A DNA stretch of 32,000 nucleotides from Escherichia coli. GTDB taxonomy: Bacteria; Pseudomonadota; Gammaproteobacteria; Enterobacterales; Enterobacteriaceae. Both the position numbers and the translations under genes were made by a program. This document shows positions 11,731-20,138 of the stretch, piece by piece. Under the pieces are notes generated by a model. That model did no database searches. It was not told the origin of the DNA and saw nothing but the letters and a program-made list of their open reading frames with translations. Location: the NCBI RefSeq assembly GCF_901733115.1, contig NZ_LR595691.1. One strand, written 5' to 3'. The first letter of the stretch is position 1, and each line of letters begins with the position of its first letter.

Positions 11731-12320
11731 CACCAGCCATCAAACATGCGGCGCGCCAGCTCTACGTCGTTACTGACACCCAGTTTTTCCATCAGGTTGG
11801 CGCGATGGACGTGCACCGTTTTCGGCGACAAGCCCAGTTCGGCAGCAATCTCTTTCACCGCCATTCCTTGCGCCAGTTTTTCCGCCACCTGCCGTTCGCG
11901 TTTGGTTAGCGGGTCCTGACGACCGGATGCCAGTTTAATGGCAATATCCGGCGTCAGATAACAGCCGCCCGTGGCAACCGTATGCACCGCCGCAATCAGT
12001 TCGTCAGGGCTACAGCGTTTGGAGAGAAAGCCGCGTGCCCCCGCGTTAAGCGCCTGCTCAACCAGCGCCGGACTGTCATGAACAGAGAGCATTATTGTCG
12101 CCATACCTTTCGGCAGCTGGCTTAGCAGTTCCAGACCGGAGATATCGGGCATGGAGATATCGCAAATACACACCTGCACACCGCGCCCCGGCAGCCCCGC
12201 CAGCGCCTCGCGCCCCGAACCAAACTCGGCAACTACCTGCAAATCAGGTTCCAGCCCCAGCAGCTGCGCAAAGCCGGAGCGGACGATGAGGTGATCGTCT
12301 ATAAGGGCAACGGTGATCAT
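11730..12320 (-). CDS. uhpA: Response regulator UhpA (REC plus LuxR-type HTH)
   Basis: 196 aa from [16 protein letters not shown]; [48 protein letters not shown]; stop overlaps the uhpB start (TGATG). Confidence 0.97.
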
Positions 12321-12338
12321 GGTCTTGTCCTGGCGGGT

Positions 12339-12372
12339 AAAAAAAAACGCGCTTACCTTAACGATAAGCGCG
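12339..12372 (-). terminator. Rho-independent terminator downstream of ilvBN
   Basis: Minus strand CGCGCTTA-tcgttaagg-TAAGCGCG followed by TTTTTTTTT. Confidence 0.85.
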
Positions 12373-12394
12373 ATGTTGTTCAAGCCTTGAGCGG

Positions 12395-12685
12395 TTACTG
12401 AAAAAACACCGCAATCTTGTTAAACATAGTCGGATCGGACTGATTACGCTGCACTTTCACCACATCTTCCAGCTTATCGATTTGGCTTATCATCTGCTCC
12501 AGACGCTGGTCGTCATTGACCAGTAGCCAGATATGGCTTTTGTCGCTGTCCTGAATCGGCAGACAAAGAATGCCTTCAACGTTAAAAGCGCGGCGGGCAA
12601 AAAGGCCACAAACGTGGGTCATTACGCCCGGATGGTTGCGAACGGTGAGCTCCAGAATCACGTTGTCATGAGTTGTGTTTTGCAT
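12395..12685 (-). CDS. ilvN: Acetolactate synthase I small subunit (ACT domain)
   Basis: 96 aa, ACT-domain sequence [30 protein letters not shown]. Confidence 0.97.
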
Positions 12686-12688
12686 GGC

Positions 12689-14377
12689 TTATTCCCCCAC
12701 CATTTCAGTATTCGCCGCACCTGGCGGCACCATCGGGTAAACTTTTTCTTCGGCATCAATGCGCACATGGATCAGCGCCGGGCCAGGGCGATTGATGATT
12801 TCCTGCAATGCAGCCTGCGGATCGGCTTCGTTATTCAAATCACAGGTTTCGAGGCCGAATCCGGCGGCAATCTGCATAAAGTTGATTTTTCCCGGATAGG
12901 TGGCGGCAAAAACGCCTTGCTCGTAGAACAGACTCTGTTGCTGATGCACCAGCCCCAGCGCTTCGTTGTTCATCAGAATGATTTTGACATCCAGCTGATT
13001 TTCACTGGCGGTCGCCATCTCCTGAATATTCATCATCAGGCTGCCGTCGCCGGAGAAACACAACACTTTGCGATCCGGGTTCGCCAGCGCCGCGCCAATC
13101 GCCGCAGGCAGGCCAAAACCCATCGTGCCCAGCCCACCGGAGGTCAGCCACTGGCGTGGGCGATTGAGCGGATAAGCTTGCGCGGTCCACATCTGATGCT
13201 GACCCACATCGGTGGTGATAATCGCATTGTCATCGACACAGGCGGCAACGGCGTTGATCAGGCCGTAATGGCTTAATGGATCGCACGCTTTCGGGATTGG
13301 ACACGGGAATTCGCGCTGCAAATCCGCTACCAACTGGTGCCACTCTGCACGCGGTTGCGCTTCCACCTGCGGGATCAATTGCGCCAGCACGTCATCAACA
13401 TCCGCCTGAATCGCCACATGCGGCTGCTTGATTTTACCCAGCTCTGCGCGATCGATATCGACATGAATAATTTTGGCATTCGGACAGAACTGCTCGGTTT
13501 TGCCAATCGCCCGGTCATCAAAACGCGCACCGAGCACTATCAACAAATCCGCCTCCTGCAAAATATAGTTGGTGCTGCGCACGCCGTGCATCCCCAGCAT
13601 ACCCAGCGACAACGGATGCGCTTTTGGCAACATGCCCAGCGCCATTAAAGTCATGGTGGTAGGCAGTTGCGCTTTCTCCGCCAGTTCACGCACCCGTGCG
13701 GGCGCATTGATCACACCGCCGCCCAGATAAAGCACCGGGCGTTTGGCAGCGTTAATCATCGCCGCTGCGTCACGAATGCTTTCTTCGCTAAAGGCGGGGG
13801 CGGCGGCTTTTTCTGCCATAGCGGGCTGTGTTTCAATCTCAAAAACTGCCGTTTGCACATCCTTAGGAATGTCTATCCACACCGGGCCTGGGCGGCCTGA
13901 TTGCGCAATGCGGAAGGCATCGCTCATGACCTGCGGGAGTTCTTCGATATGTCTGACCAGATAGTTGTGTTTGGTGATGGGGATAGAGATGCCGTAGGTG
14001 TCCACTTCCTGGAAGGCGTCGGTGCCGATCATCGAGGCGGGAACCTGACCGGTGATGCAAATCAGCGGGATGGAGTCCAGCCGCGCATCGGCAATGGCGG
14101 TCACCAGGTTAGTCGCACCCGGTCCGCTACAGGCCATACAGACCGCCGGTTTACCGTCGGTGCGCGCCATCCCCTGAGCGATAAATCCCGCGCCCTGTTC
14201 ATGACGGGCCAGAATATGGCGGATTTGCGTGCTTTGGCTTAAGGCATCGTAAACAGGCAGGATAGAACCGCCCGGAATGCCCGTCACAATCTTAATGCCC
14301 TGCTGTTCCAGGAAATGAACGATAAATTCTGCGCCGGTAAAGCGCTTACGCGTCGATGTTGTGCCCGAACTTGCCAT
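12689..14377 (-). CDS. ilvB: Acetolactate synthase I large subunit (ThDP enzyme)
   Basis: 562 aa, AHAS catalytic sequence; ThDP-binding motif GDGSLMMNIQEMATASENQLDVKIILMNN. Confidence 0.98.
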   Translation of the reverse strand: MASSGTTSTRKRFTGAEFIVHFLEQQGIKIVTGIPGGSILPVYDALSQSTQIRHILARHEQGAGFIAQGMARTDGKPAVCMACSGPGATNLVTAIADARLDSIPLICITGQVPASMIGTDAFQEVDTYGISIPITKHNYLVRHIEELPQVMSDAFRIAQSGRPGPVWIDIPKDVQTAVFEIETQPAMAEKAAAPAFSEESIRDAAAMINAAKRPVLYLGGGVINAPARVRELAEKAQLPTTMTLMALGMLPKAHPLSLGMLGMHGVRSTNYILQEADLLIVLGARFDDRAIGKTEQFCPNAKIIHVDIDRAELGKIKQPHVAIQADVDDVLAQLIPQVEAQPRAEWHQLVADLQREFPCPIPKACDPLSHYGLINAVAACVDDNAIITTDVGQHQMWTAQAYPLNRPRQWLTSGGLGTMGFGLPAAIGAALANPDRKVLCFSGDGSLMMNIQEMATASENQLDVKIILMNNEALGLVHQQQSLFYEQGVFAATYPGKINFMQIAAGFGLETCDLNNEADPQAALQEIINRPGPALIHVRIDAEEKVYPMVPPGAANTEMVGE

Positions 14378-14425
14378 GCTCCAGTCCTTTTCTTCTGGGC
14401 CGACTTTCCGGGAGGTGCTTAAACG

Positions 14426-14459
14426 AAAAACCCCGCCCGGTTTGCGCCGGCGGGGTTTT
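14426..14459 (-). terminator. Attenuator terminator of the ivbL-ilvBN operon
   Basis: Minus strand AAAACCCCGCCGGCGCAAACCGGGCGGGGTTTTT lies between the Val-rich leader ORF and ilvB. Confidence 0.92.
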
Positions 14460-14482
14460 GGAATCGTGTGTTGTTCCAGTCC

Positions 14483-14581
14483 CTACGGCGCATTGCCGAC
14501 GACCACCACCACACGCACGACGACCACTGCGGCGGATAGCGCAGTTGGTAGTAGTTTTGCGTTGAACATGGAAGTAGTCAT
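14483..14581 (-). CDS. ivbL: ilvB operon leader peptide
   Basis: 32-codon ORF translated by hand from the minus strand: MTTSMFNAKLLPTALSAAVVVVRVVVVVGNAP, with a Val codon run ahead of the attenuator. Absent from the ORF track only because it is short. Confidence 0.95.
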   Translation of the reverse strand: MTTSMFNAKLLPTALSAAVVVVRVVVVVGNAP

Positions 14582-14710
14582 TGGGGACCTTGTTGGTTTT
14601 GTGTTTAACAATATTTATACAAGCACAGCTTTACAGGGGAGACAATGGAAAATTTTTCAGCAAGGGAAAATTGAGGGGCTGATCACGTTTTGTACTGAAT
14701 TGCAGGTAAC

Positions 14711-14785
14711 AAAAAACCCCGCCGGAGCGAGGTTTCATCAGCCGCCTGCGGCTGGTAACCGCAAAGCACACTGTATTATGTCAAC
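14711..14785 (-). ncRNA. istR: IstR-1 antitoxin small RNA (approx. 75 nt)
   Basis: Minus strand GTTGACATAATACAGTGTGCTTTGCGGTTACCAGCCGCAGGCGGCTGATGAAACCTCGCTCCGGCGGGGTTTTTT, ending in a hairpin with U-tract, divergent from tisB. The longer IstR-2 would begin upstream, nearer the LexA box. Confidence 0.93.
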
Positions 14786-14891
14786 ACTGAAAGTATACGT
14801 GTTCCGCGCAGAACGCGCAATTTCGGCACGAATTTTGACGTATTTAGGGCATAGTTGAGTATCGATCACAGTTTGCGTTTTGTCCAAATAT

Positions 14892-14911
14892 TACTGTTTA
14901 TTTATACAGTA
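14892..14911. promoter_or_regulatory. LexA box (SOS operator) controlling tisAB and probably IstR-2
   Basis: TACTGTTTATTTATACAGTA is a near-perfect match to TACTGTATATATATACAGTA; a TATAAT -10 follows at 14918-14923. Confidence 0.95.
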
Positions 14912-15145
14912 AACTTCTATAATATCACTGTACGCAATGTGTTATGCGGGGGCCGCATCGTTACCCGGCGCACTAAGTCCTGGCTGAAACGGGTGGTGCC
15001 GTCAGCGCCTTAACCCCGCGTGAGCACACTGTGTTATGTCAACAAGCACAACGTTTCTCCTTAAGATACCGCGTGCACAACAGCTGGCAACAGGCAGCGG
15101 AAAGGTACGTCAGCTGGCAGTGCTCCTGAACCACAGGAGACGCGT

Positions 15146-15235
15146 ATGAGCCTGGTGGATATCGCCATTCTTATCCTCAAACTCATTGTTGCAGCACTGC
15201 AACTGCTTGATGCTGTTCTGAAATACCTGAAGTAA
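15146..15235 (+). CDS. tisB: TisB, SOS-induced small membrane toxin (type I TA)
   Basis: 29-codon ORF MSLVDIAILILKLIVAALQLLDAVLKYLK, preceded by AGGAGA; amphipathic/hydrophobic helix; missing from the ORF track because of length. Confidence 0.96.
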   Translation: MSLVDIAILILKLIVAALQLLDAVLKYLK

Positions 15236-15254
15236 TTCAGATTCAAGTCGCACC

Positions 15255-15284
15255 AAAGGGGAGCGGGTAACCGCTCCCCTTTTA
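15255..15284 (+). terminator. tisAB rho-independent terminator
   Basis: AAAGGGGAGCGG-gtaa-CCGCTCCCCTTTT immediately after tisB. Confidence 0.9.
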
Positions 15285-15349
15285 TATTTAGCGTGCGGGT
15301 TGGAGTTGGGGGCTTCTTCTACCAGCAGAATGTTTGCACCTGCGCTGCC

Positions 15350-15470
15350 TGTGCCCCTCACCCTAGCCCTCTCCCCAAAGGGGCGAGGGGACCGTCCCGT
15401 GCAATGTTTAGCTCATTTTCTGAAAGGGAACGGTGGTTTCCCCCTCGCCCCTTTGGGGAGAGGGTTACAG
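15350..15470. repeat. GC-rich inverted repeat element between tisB and emrD (intergenic repeat family, subtype not assigned)
   Basis: CCCTCTCCCCAAAGGGGCGAGGGG at 15367-15390 and its exact inverse complement CCCCTCGCCCCTTTGGGGAGAGGG at 15441-15464 (24-nt arms). Confidence 0.8.
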
Positions 15471-15653
15471 TTCGCACGTAATCCCTCCCGGCAACATTTA
15501 TTGCCGCTTTTGTTTACATATTCTGCCGCTAAACAATTCCCCATTCCTGGCGTATATCTGGCTAACATTCATCAATGTGATAGATTCCTCTCCCGCATTT
15601 ATGGGAATGCGTAGTGACTTATTCTAATTATTTTTATAAAAGCATCCGTGATA

Positions 15654-16838
15654 ATGAAAAGGCAAAGAAACGTCAATTTGTTATTGATGTTGGTATTACT
15701 CGTGGCCGTCGGTCAGATGGCGCAAACCATTTATATTCCAGCTATTGCCGATATGGCGCGCGATCTCAACGTCCGTGAAGGGGCGGTGCAGAGCGTAATG
15801 GGCGCTTATCTGCTGACTTACGGTGTCTCACAGCTGTTTTATGGCCCGATTTCCGACCGCGTGGGCCGCCGACCGGTGATCCTCGTCGGAATGTCCATTT
15901 TTATGCTGGCAACGCTGGTCGCGGTCACGACCTCCAGTTTGACGGTGTTGATTGCCGCCAGCGCGATGCAGGGGATGGGCACCGGCGTTGGCGGCGTAAT
16001 GGCGCGTACTTTGCCGCGAGATTTATATGAACGGACACAGTTGCGCCATGCTAACAGCCTGTTAAACATGGGGATTCTCGTCAGTCCGTTGCTCGCACCG
16101 CTAATCGGCGGTCTGCTGGATACGATGTGGAACTGGCGCGCCTGTTATCTCTTTTTGTTGGTTCTTTGTGCTGGTGTGACCTTCAGTATGGCCCGCTGGA
16201 TGCCGGAAACGCGTCCGGTCGATGCACCGCGCACGCGCCTGCTTACCAGTTATAAAACGCTTTTCGGTAACAGCGGTTTTAACTGTTATTTGCTGATGCT
16301 GATTGGCGGTCTGGCCGGGATTGCCGCCTTTGAAGCCTGCTCCGGCGTGCTGATGGGCGCGGTGTTAGGGCTGAGCAGTATGACGGTCAGTATTTTGTTT
16401 ATTCTGCCGATTCCGGCAGCGTTTTTTGGCGCATGGTTTGCCGGACGTCCCAATAAACGCTTCTCCACGTTAATGTGGCAGTCGGTTATCTGCTGCCTGC
16501 TGGCTGGCTTGCTGATGTGGATCCCCGACTGGTTTGGCGTGATGAATGTCTGGACGCTGCTCGTTCCCGCCGCGCTGTTCTTTTTCGGTGCCGGGATGCT
16601 GTTTCCGCTGGCGACCAGCGACGCGATGGAGCCGTTCCCCTTCCTGGCGGGCACGGCTGGCGCGCTGGTCGGCGGTCTGCAAAACATTGGTTCCGGCGTG
16701 CTGGCGTCGCTCTCTGCGATGTTGCCGCAAACCGGTCAGGGCAGCCTGGGGTTGTTGATGACCTTAATGGGATTGTTGATCGTGCTGTGCTGGCTGCCGC
16801 TGGCGACGCGGATGTCGCATCAGGGGCAGCCCGTTTAA
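15654..16838 (+). CDS. emrD: Multidrug efflux MFS transporter EmrD
   Basis: 394 aa from MKRQRNVNLLLMLVLL...; DHA1-type MFS motif (YGPISDRVGRRPVIL). Confidence 0.96.
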   Translation: MKRQRNVNLLLMLVLLVAVGQMAQTIYIPAIADMARDLNVREGAVQSVMGAYLLTYGVSQLFYGPISDRVGRRPVILVGMSIFMLATLVAVTTSSLTVLIAASAMQGMGTGVGGVMARTLPRDLYERTQLRHANSLLNMGILVSPLLAPLIGGLLDTMWNWRACYLFLLVLCAGVTFSMARWMPETRPVDAPRTRLLTSYKTLFGNSGFNCYLLMLIGGLAGIAAFEACSGVLMGAVLGLSSMTVSILFILPIPAAFFGAWFAGRPNKRFSTLMWQSVICCLLAGLLMWIPDWFGVMNVWTLLVPAALFFFGAGMLFPLATSDAMEPFPFLAGTAGALVGGLQNIGSGVLASLSAMLPQTGQGSLGLLMTLMGLLIVLCWLPLATRMSHQGQPV

Positions 16839-16845
16839 GCGCACG

Positions 16846-17343
16846 TCACCGCAGCATCGTCATCAGCTCCATGGGAGAACGATGCTGCTTTATCAGATCA
16901 CGCATCACCCGCATATGCGGTGCGGAGTAAGAATAAAACGCCTGATAGCCCGCACAAAGCACGCTGTCTGGCGTCTCCTGGCGAGCGTGCGGGCACAGGC
17001 GATGCCAGTCGCACGCCTGGCAGTCACGGCGCGGTTGCGGGTTTTCGCTGCCACACCATTTTTGTAAGGTGGCGTCAAAAAGCTCAATCGAGATACGACT
17101 GATATCTGCCCGCACCCAACACTCGAACAGGGCAATTAAAAATTTCCCCCACAGCTCTGCTGTCACCGAAGCGGCCGTCAGATCGCCCCGGTCATCAAAT
17201 TCAAGATAGGGAATGAGCTGTACGGAGCGGATGCCCCGCTGTTTGAAATTGTGATAAAAATCGGCAGGTTGCAGAGCATCCTTGTACTCTACAACCAGTT
17301 TATGCCTGTCCTCTTCAGCATCAATGACCTGACTTCCTGTCAT
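16846..17343 (-). CDS. yidF: YidF: anaerobic sulfatase-maturase C-terminal/SPASM-like fragment
   Basis: 165 aa ORF; contains QLIPYLEFDD, CQACDWHRLCPHAR and VLCAGYQAFY, typical of the C-terminal part of anSME proteins; no CxxxCxxC radical-SAM motif. Confidence 0.85.
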   Translation of the reverse strand: MTGSQVIDAEEDRHKLVVEYKDALQPADFYHNFKQRGIRSVQLIPYLEFDDRGDLTAASVTAELWGKFLIALFECWVRADISRISIELFDATLQKWCGSENPQPRRDCQACDWHRLCPHARQETPDSVLCAGYQAFYSYSAPHMRVMRDLIKQHRSPMELMTMLR

Positions 17344-17702
17344 GCGACTCTCTCAATAAATACGATAAGTTGATGTATATGCGTTACAGCAAACAGTATT
17401 GCGAGAGATAACACCGCGAGGGAGATCAAAAATTTGTCACGGACTACGTGAAATTGGGAAAAATCGCTATTCGTGACATCCATTAAATTGCGATTACGGG
17501 TGTAGTGCCAGAGGATCAGCGCCACGATGGCGAGAATGCCAATCGAAATCCAGAATAACATGCCCGCCTGGTGCCAGTTGTGTTTGATAGCCAACGCCAT
17601 CAACGCGCCGTAGCCCAGCATGGTACGAAACCACGCCAGTGATGTGCGCTCCGGCTGCAGTCCTGGGTCGGCAATGCGTCTGGCTTTGCGGCTATCCGGC
17701 AT
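17340..17702 (-). CDS. yidG: DUF202-family inner membrane protein YidG
   Basis: 120 aa, PERTSLAWFRTMLGYGAL motif, about 3 TM; 4-nt overlap with yidF. Confidence 0.92.
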   Translation of the reverse strand: MPDSRKARRIADPGLQPERTSLAWFRTMLGYGALMALAIKHNWHQAGMLFWISIGILAIVALILWHYTRNRNLMDVTNSDFSQFHVVRDKFLISLAVLSLAILFAVTHIHQLIVFIERVA

Positions 17703-18039
17703 ACAACACCAGTCCCATAACGATCACCGCCACGACCATCAATATTAAGCTAATGATTAATAAGCTGTTGGTGTAGGGCAGGTCCTCTTTCAGACGCATC
17801 GCTTTTTCATTGCGTAACCAGCGCAGGTAGCCATACATCGCTAACCCGCCGGAAAACAGACACAACAACAACGCCAGCAGTTCACGAATGACGGGCGTGG
17901 CGAAATCTGGCGCAAGTTGATCAAGCCCAACCCCCGCCGCCAGAAATCCTAGTGCGGTACGGATCCACGCCAGAAAAGTACGCTCATTAGCCAGCGAGAA
18001 GCGGTAATCGGGCGCTTCTCCAAGGCGGGAAATTTTCAT
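17692..18039 (-). CDS. yidH: DUF202-family inner membrane protein YidH
   Basis: 115 aa, NERTFLAWIRTALGFLAAGVGL motif; 11-nt overlap with yidG. Confidence 0.93.
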   Translation of the reverse strand: MKISRLGEAPDYRFSLANERTFLAWIRTALGFLAAGVGLDQLAPDFATPVIRELLALLLCLFSGGLAMYGYLRWLRNEKAMRLKEDLPYTNSLLIISLILMVVAVIVMGLVLYAG

Positions 18040-18148
18040 TGTTGCTCCTTTGCAATTTCACTAACGCTCTACCTTTAGCGGTTTTTTTTTAAGAATTTCG
18101 TCCGCCCGTTTCCTGATATGCTTTCGCCATCCGCTACAAGGAGGTCAG

Positions 18149-18598
18149 ATGGGTATCATAGCTCAAAATAAAATCAGTTCATTGGGCATGCTGTTCGGTG
18201 CCATCGCTTTAATGATGGGGATTATCCACTTTTCATTCGGCCCTTTTTCCGCACCACCGCCAACGTTTGAAAGCATCGTGGCGGACAAAACGGCTGAAAT
18301 TAAAAGAGGTCTTCTCGCCGGAATAAAAGGCGAAAAAATTACCACCGTGGAGAAAAAAGAGGACGTAGATGTCGATAAAATCCTCGATCAAAGCGGTATC
18401 GCACTGGCCATTGCTGCGCTACTTTGCGCATTTATTGGCGGTATGCGTAAGGAAAATCGCTGGGGCATTCGCGGCGCGCTGGTTTTTGGCGGCGGGACGC
18501 TGGCTTTCCATACCTTGCTTTTTGGTATCGGCATCGTGTGCAGCATTTTGCTGATATTCCTGATTTTTTCCTTCCTGACCGGCGGTTCACTGGTTTAA
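18149..18598 (+). CDS. yidI: Inner membrane protein YidI
   Basis: 149 aa with several hydrophobic segments; RBS GGAGG upstream of the ATG. Confidence 0.88.
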   Translation: MGIIAQNKISSLGMLFGAIALMMGIIHFSFGPFSAPPPTFESIVADKTAEIKRGLLAGIKGEKITTVEKKEDVDVDKILDQSGIALAIAALLCAFIGGMRKENRWGIRGALVFGGGTLAFHTLLFGIGIVCSILLIFLIFSFLTGGSLV

Positions 18599-18607
18599 GC
18601 AGCCTGA

Positions 18608-18642
18608 ATAATGCCCGCCGGGTGTTCATCAGCGGGCATTAT
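18608..18642. terminator. Bidirectional stem-loop between convergent yidI and yidJ
   Basis: ATAATGCCCGC-cgggtgttcatca-GCGGGCATTAT, 11-bp perfect arms directly after the yidI stop. Confidence 0.65.
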
Positions 18643-18644
18643 CG

Positions 18645-20138
18645 TCAGAACTTCTGTTTTTTCTCTTCCACTTTCACTCCTTGCGTCGGTAGGCCGGTGT
18701 CATAGTCACGTACCACCGGCGAATAGCCATCTTGTGGGCGTGGACGAAATGCCCCCATCCAGCGCGGCAGTGCATCTTTACGCCACGGACGCAGGCTCCA
18801 TTGGTAACTGCGGAACGGATCGCGAATTTTGTCCATGTAATCCAATAAGGCGTCATGCATTTTGCTGCGAACGTCTGCAAAACGGATATCATCGATCAGG
18901 TTATGCATTTCATTTGGGTCATTACGGCGATCGTAAAGTTCATCACTGGTGAAGAGGTTGAGTACCAGTTTAAAGTCATCCGTCACCCAGCAACGCACCG
19001 GAATAAAACCGCCAAAGCTGTCATGCTCAATCTCGTAGCGGTTAAATTCCACCATTACACCGCGTGGCTCTTTCACGGCAAGGATATTTTCCCCCGGCAG
19101 AATCTCTGGTTTTTCAATATCTGCCAGCGCCATCATTGTCGGCAGTAAATCGATATGACTGACTGGCGTATCGACCTGTCGCCGCTCCCCTTGCGGCGAA
19201 CGGATGATCAGCGGAATACGGGTGATGTCGTCATACATCGCCGCTCCTTTACTGATCAGCTTATGTGCGCCCATCATTTCGCCGTGATCGGAAGTATAAA
19301 TGACCCACGTATTTTCACGTTGCTCTGGCGTTAAGGCATTGATGACCCGTCCGATTTGGTCATCAACAAAGTCATTACAGGCAAAATAGAGCGGATGGTG
19401 ATAAAGCCCGTCATCACCGACTGGCGATGGCATCGCCTGCGCCCATAAGCGGTGATGTTCCGGTTTGTTCGCCAGGTCATCCTGAGCTTTCTCGCCCAGA
19501 TCGTAGTAAAAATCAGCGTATTTCTCTAAATACTCCACCGGACAGGTGAACGGGTGATGCGGCTCATCATACGAAACCACCATCAGGAAGGGTTCCTCGG
19601 CGCGCGCGGGCTGTTGCAGAAAATCTACCGCCCGATTGCTGATGCGGTGCGCCCAGGTGAAGGTTTCGTCGATATGGTTCGCCTGTAAATCCTCAACGCT
19701 GTTTAGGCCATTGCGCCACAGGCTGATCTCTTTTTCCGTCAGTTCGCTAAGGTAGTTCGCCCCATCGAACCAGTAATCAGCGTCCCACTCCGGCGGACAC
19801 TCGCCAGTGCCGAAATAGTCATGACCGTCGAGATGCCATTTGCCGATGTAACAGGTGTGATAGCCGGCATCCTTAAAGTAGCGCCCCATAGTGGAGATGT
19901 TTTTGCCTGGCGCGACGTTGTTGGTCCACGGGCCGGACTGGTTAGCGTAGATACCGGTAAATAGTCCGGCGCGTGCAGGCGTACAAACCGGTGAACAGGT
20001 GTAGGCGGAATTAAAGCGAATACCTTCCGCCGCCAGACTATCAATATTTTGCGTATTCAGCGGTTTACCGCTATAGCAACCGACCATATTGGTGGCCTGG
20101 GTATCGGTCATGATGAACAGAAAATTGGGGCGTTTCAT
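18645..20138 (-). CDS. yidJ: Type I sulfatase YidJ (formylglycine-dependent, Cys-type)
   Basis: 497 aa; sulfatase signature C-T-P-A-R in CSPVCTPARAGLFTG; alkaline-phosphatase-fold metal motifs (TDTQATNMVGCY, YTSDHGEMMG). Confidence 0.94.
   Translation of the reverse strand: MKRPNFLFIMTDTQATNMVGCYSGKPLNTQNIDSLAAEGIRFNSAYTCSPVCTPARAGLFTGIYANQSGPWTNNVAPGKNISTMGRYFKDAGYHTCYIGKWHLDGHDYFGTGECPPEWDADYWFDGANYLSELTEKEISLWRNGLNSVEDLQANHIDETFTWAHRISNRAVDFLQQPARAEEPFLMVVSYDEPHHPFTCPVEYLEKYADFYYDLGEKAQDDLANKPEHHRLWAQAMPSPVGDDGLYHHPLYFACNDFVDDQIGRVINALTPEQRENTWVIYTSDHGEMMGAHKLISKGAAMYDDITRIPLIIRSPQGERRQVDTPVSHIDLLPTMMALADIEKPEILPGENILAVKEPRGVMVEFNRYEIEHDSFGGFIPVRCWVTDDFKLVLNLFTSDELYDRRNDPNEMHNLIDDIRFADVRSKMHDALLDYMDKIRDPFRSYQWSLRPWRKDALPRWMGAFRPRPQDGYSPVVRDYDTGLPTQGVKVEEKKQKF

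Noticed and set aside
12533-13276. 247-aa plus-strand ORF antisense to ilvN/ilvB
   Set aside because: Lies wholly across two highly conserved enzyme genes, has low-complexity His/Arg/Gln-rich composition typical of antisense frames, and shows no evident RBS or domain.
14944-14976. Ten-codon ORF MRGPHRYPAH in the tisAB leader
   Set aside because: Too short and unsupported to call as tisA; the region is better regarded as structured leader/ribosome standby sequence.
15293-15627. Small plus-strand ORFs (62, 104 and 65 aa) between tisB and emrD
   Set aside because: They run through the GC-rich inverted repeat and lack conserved features; repeat-derived open frames.
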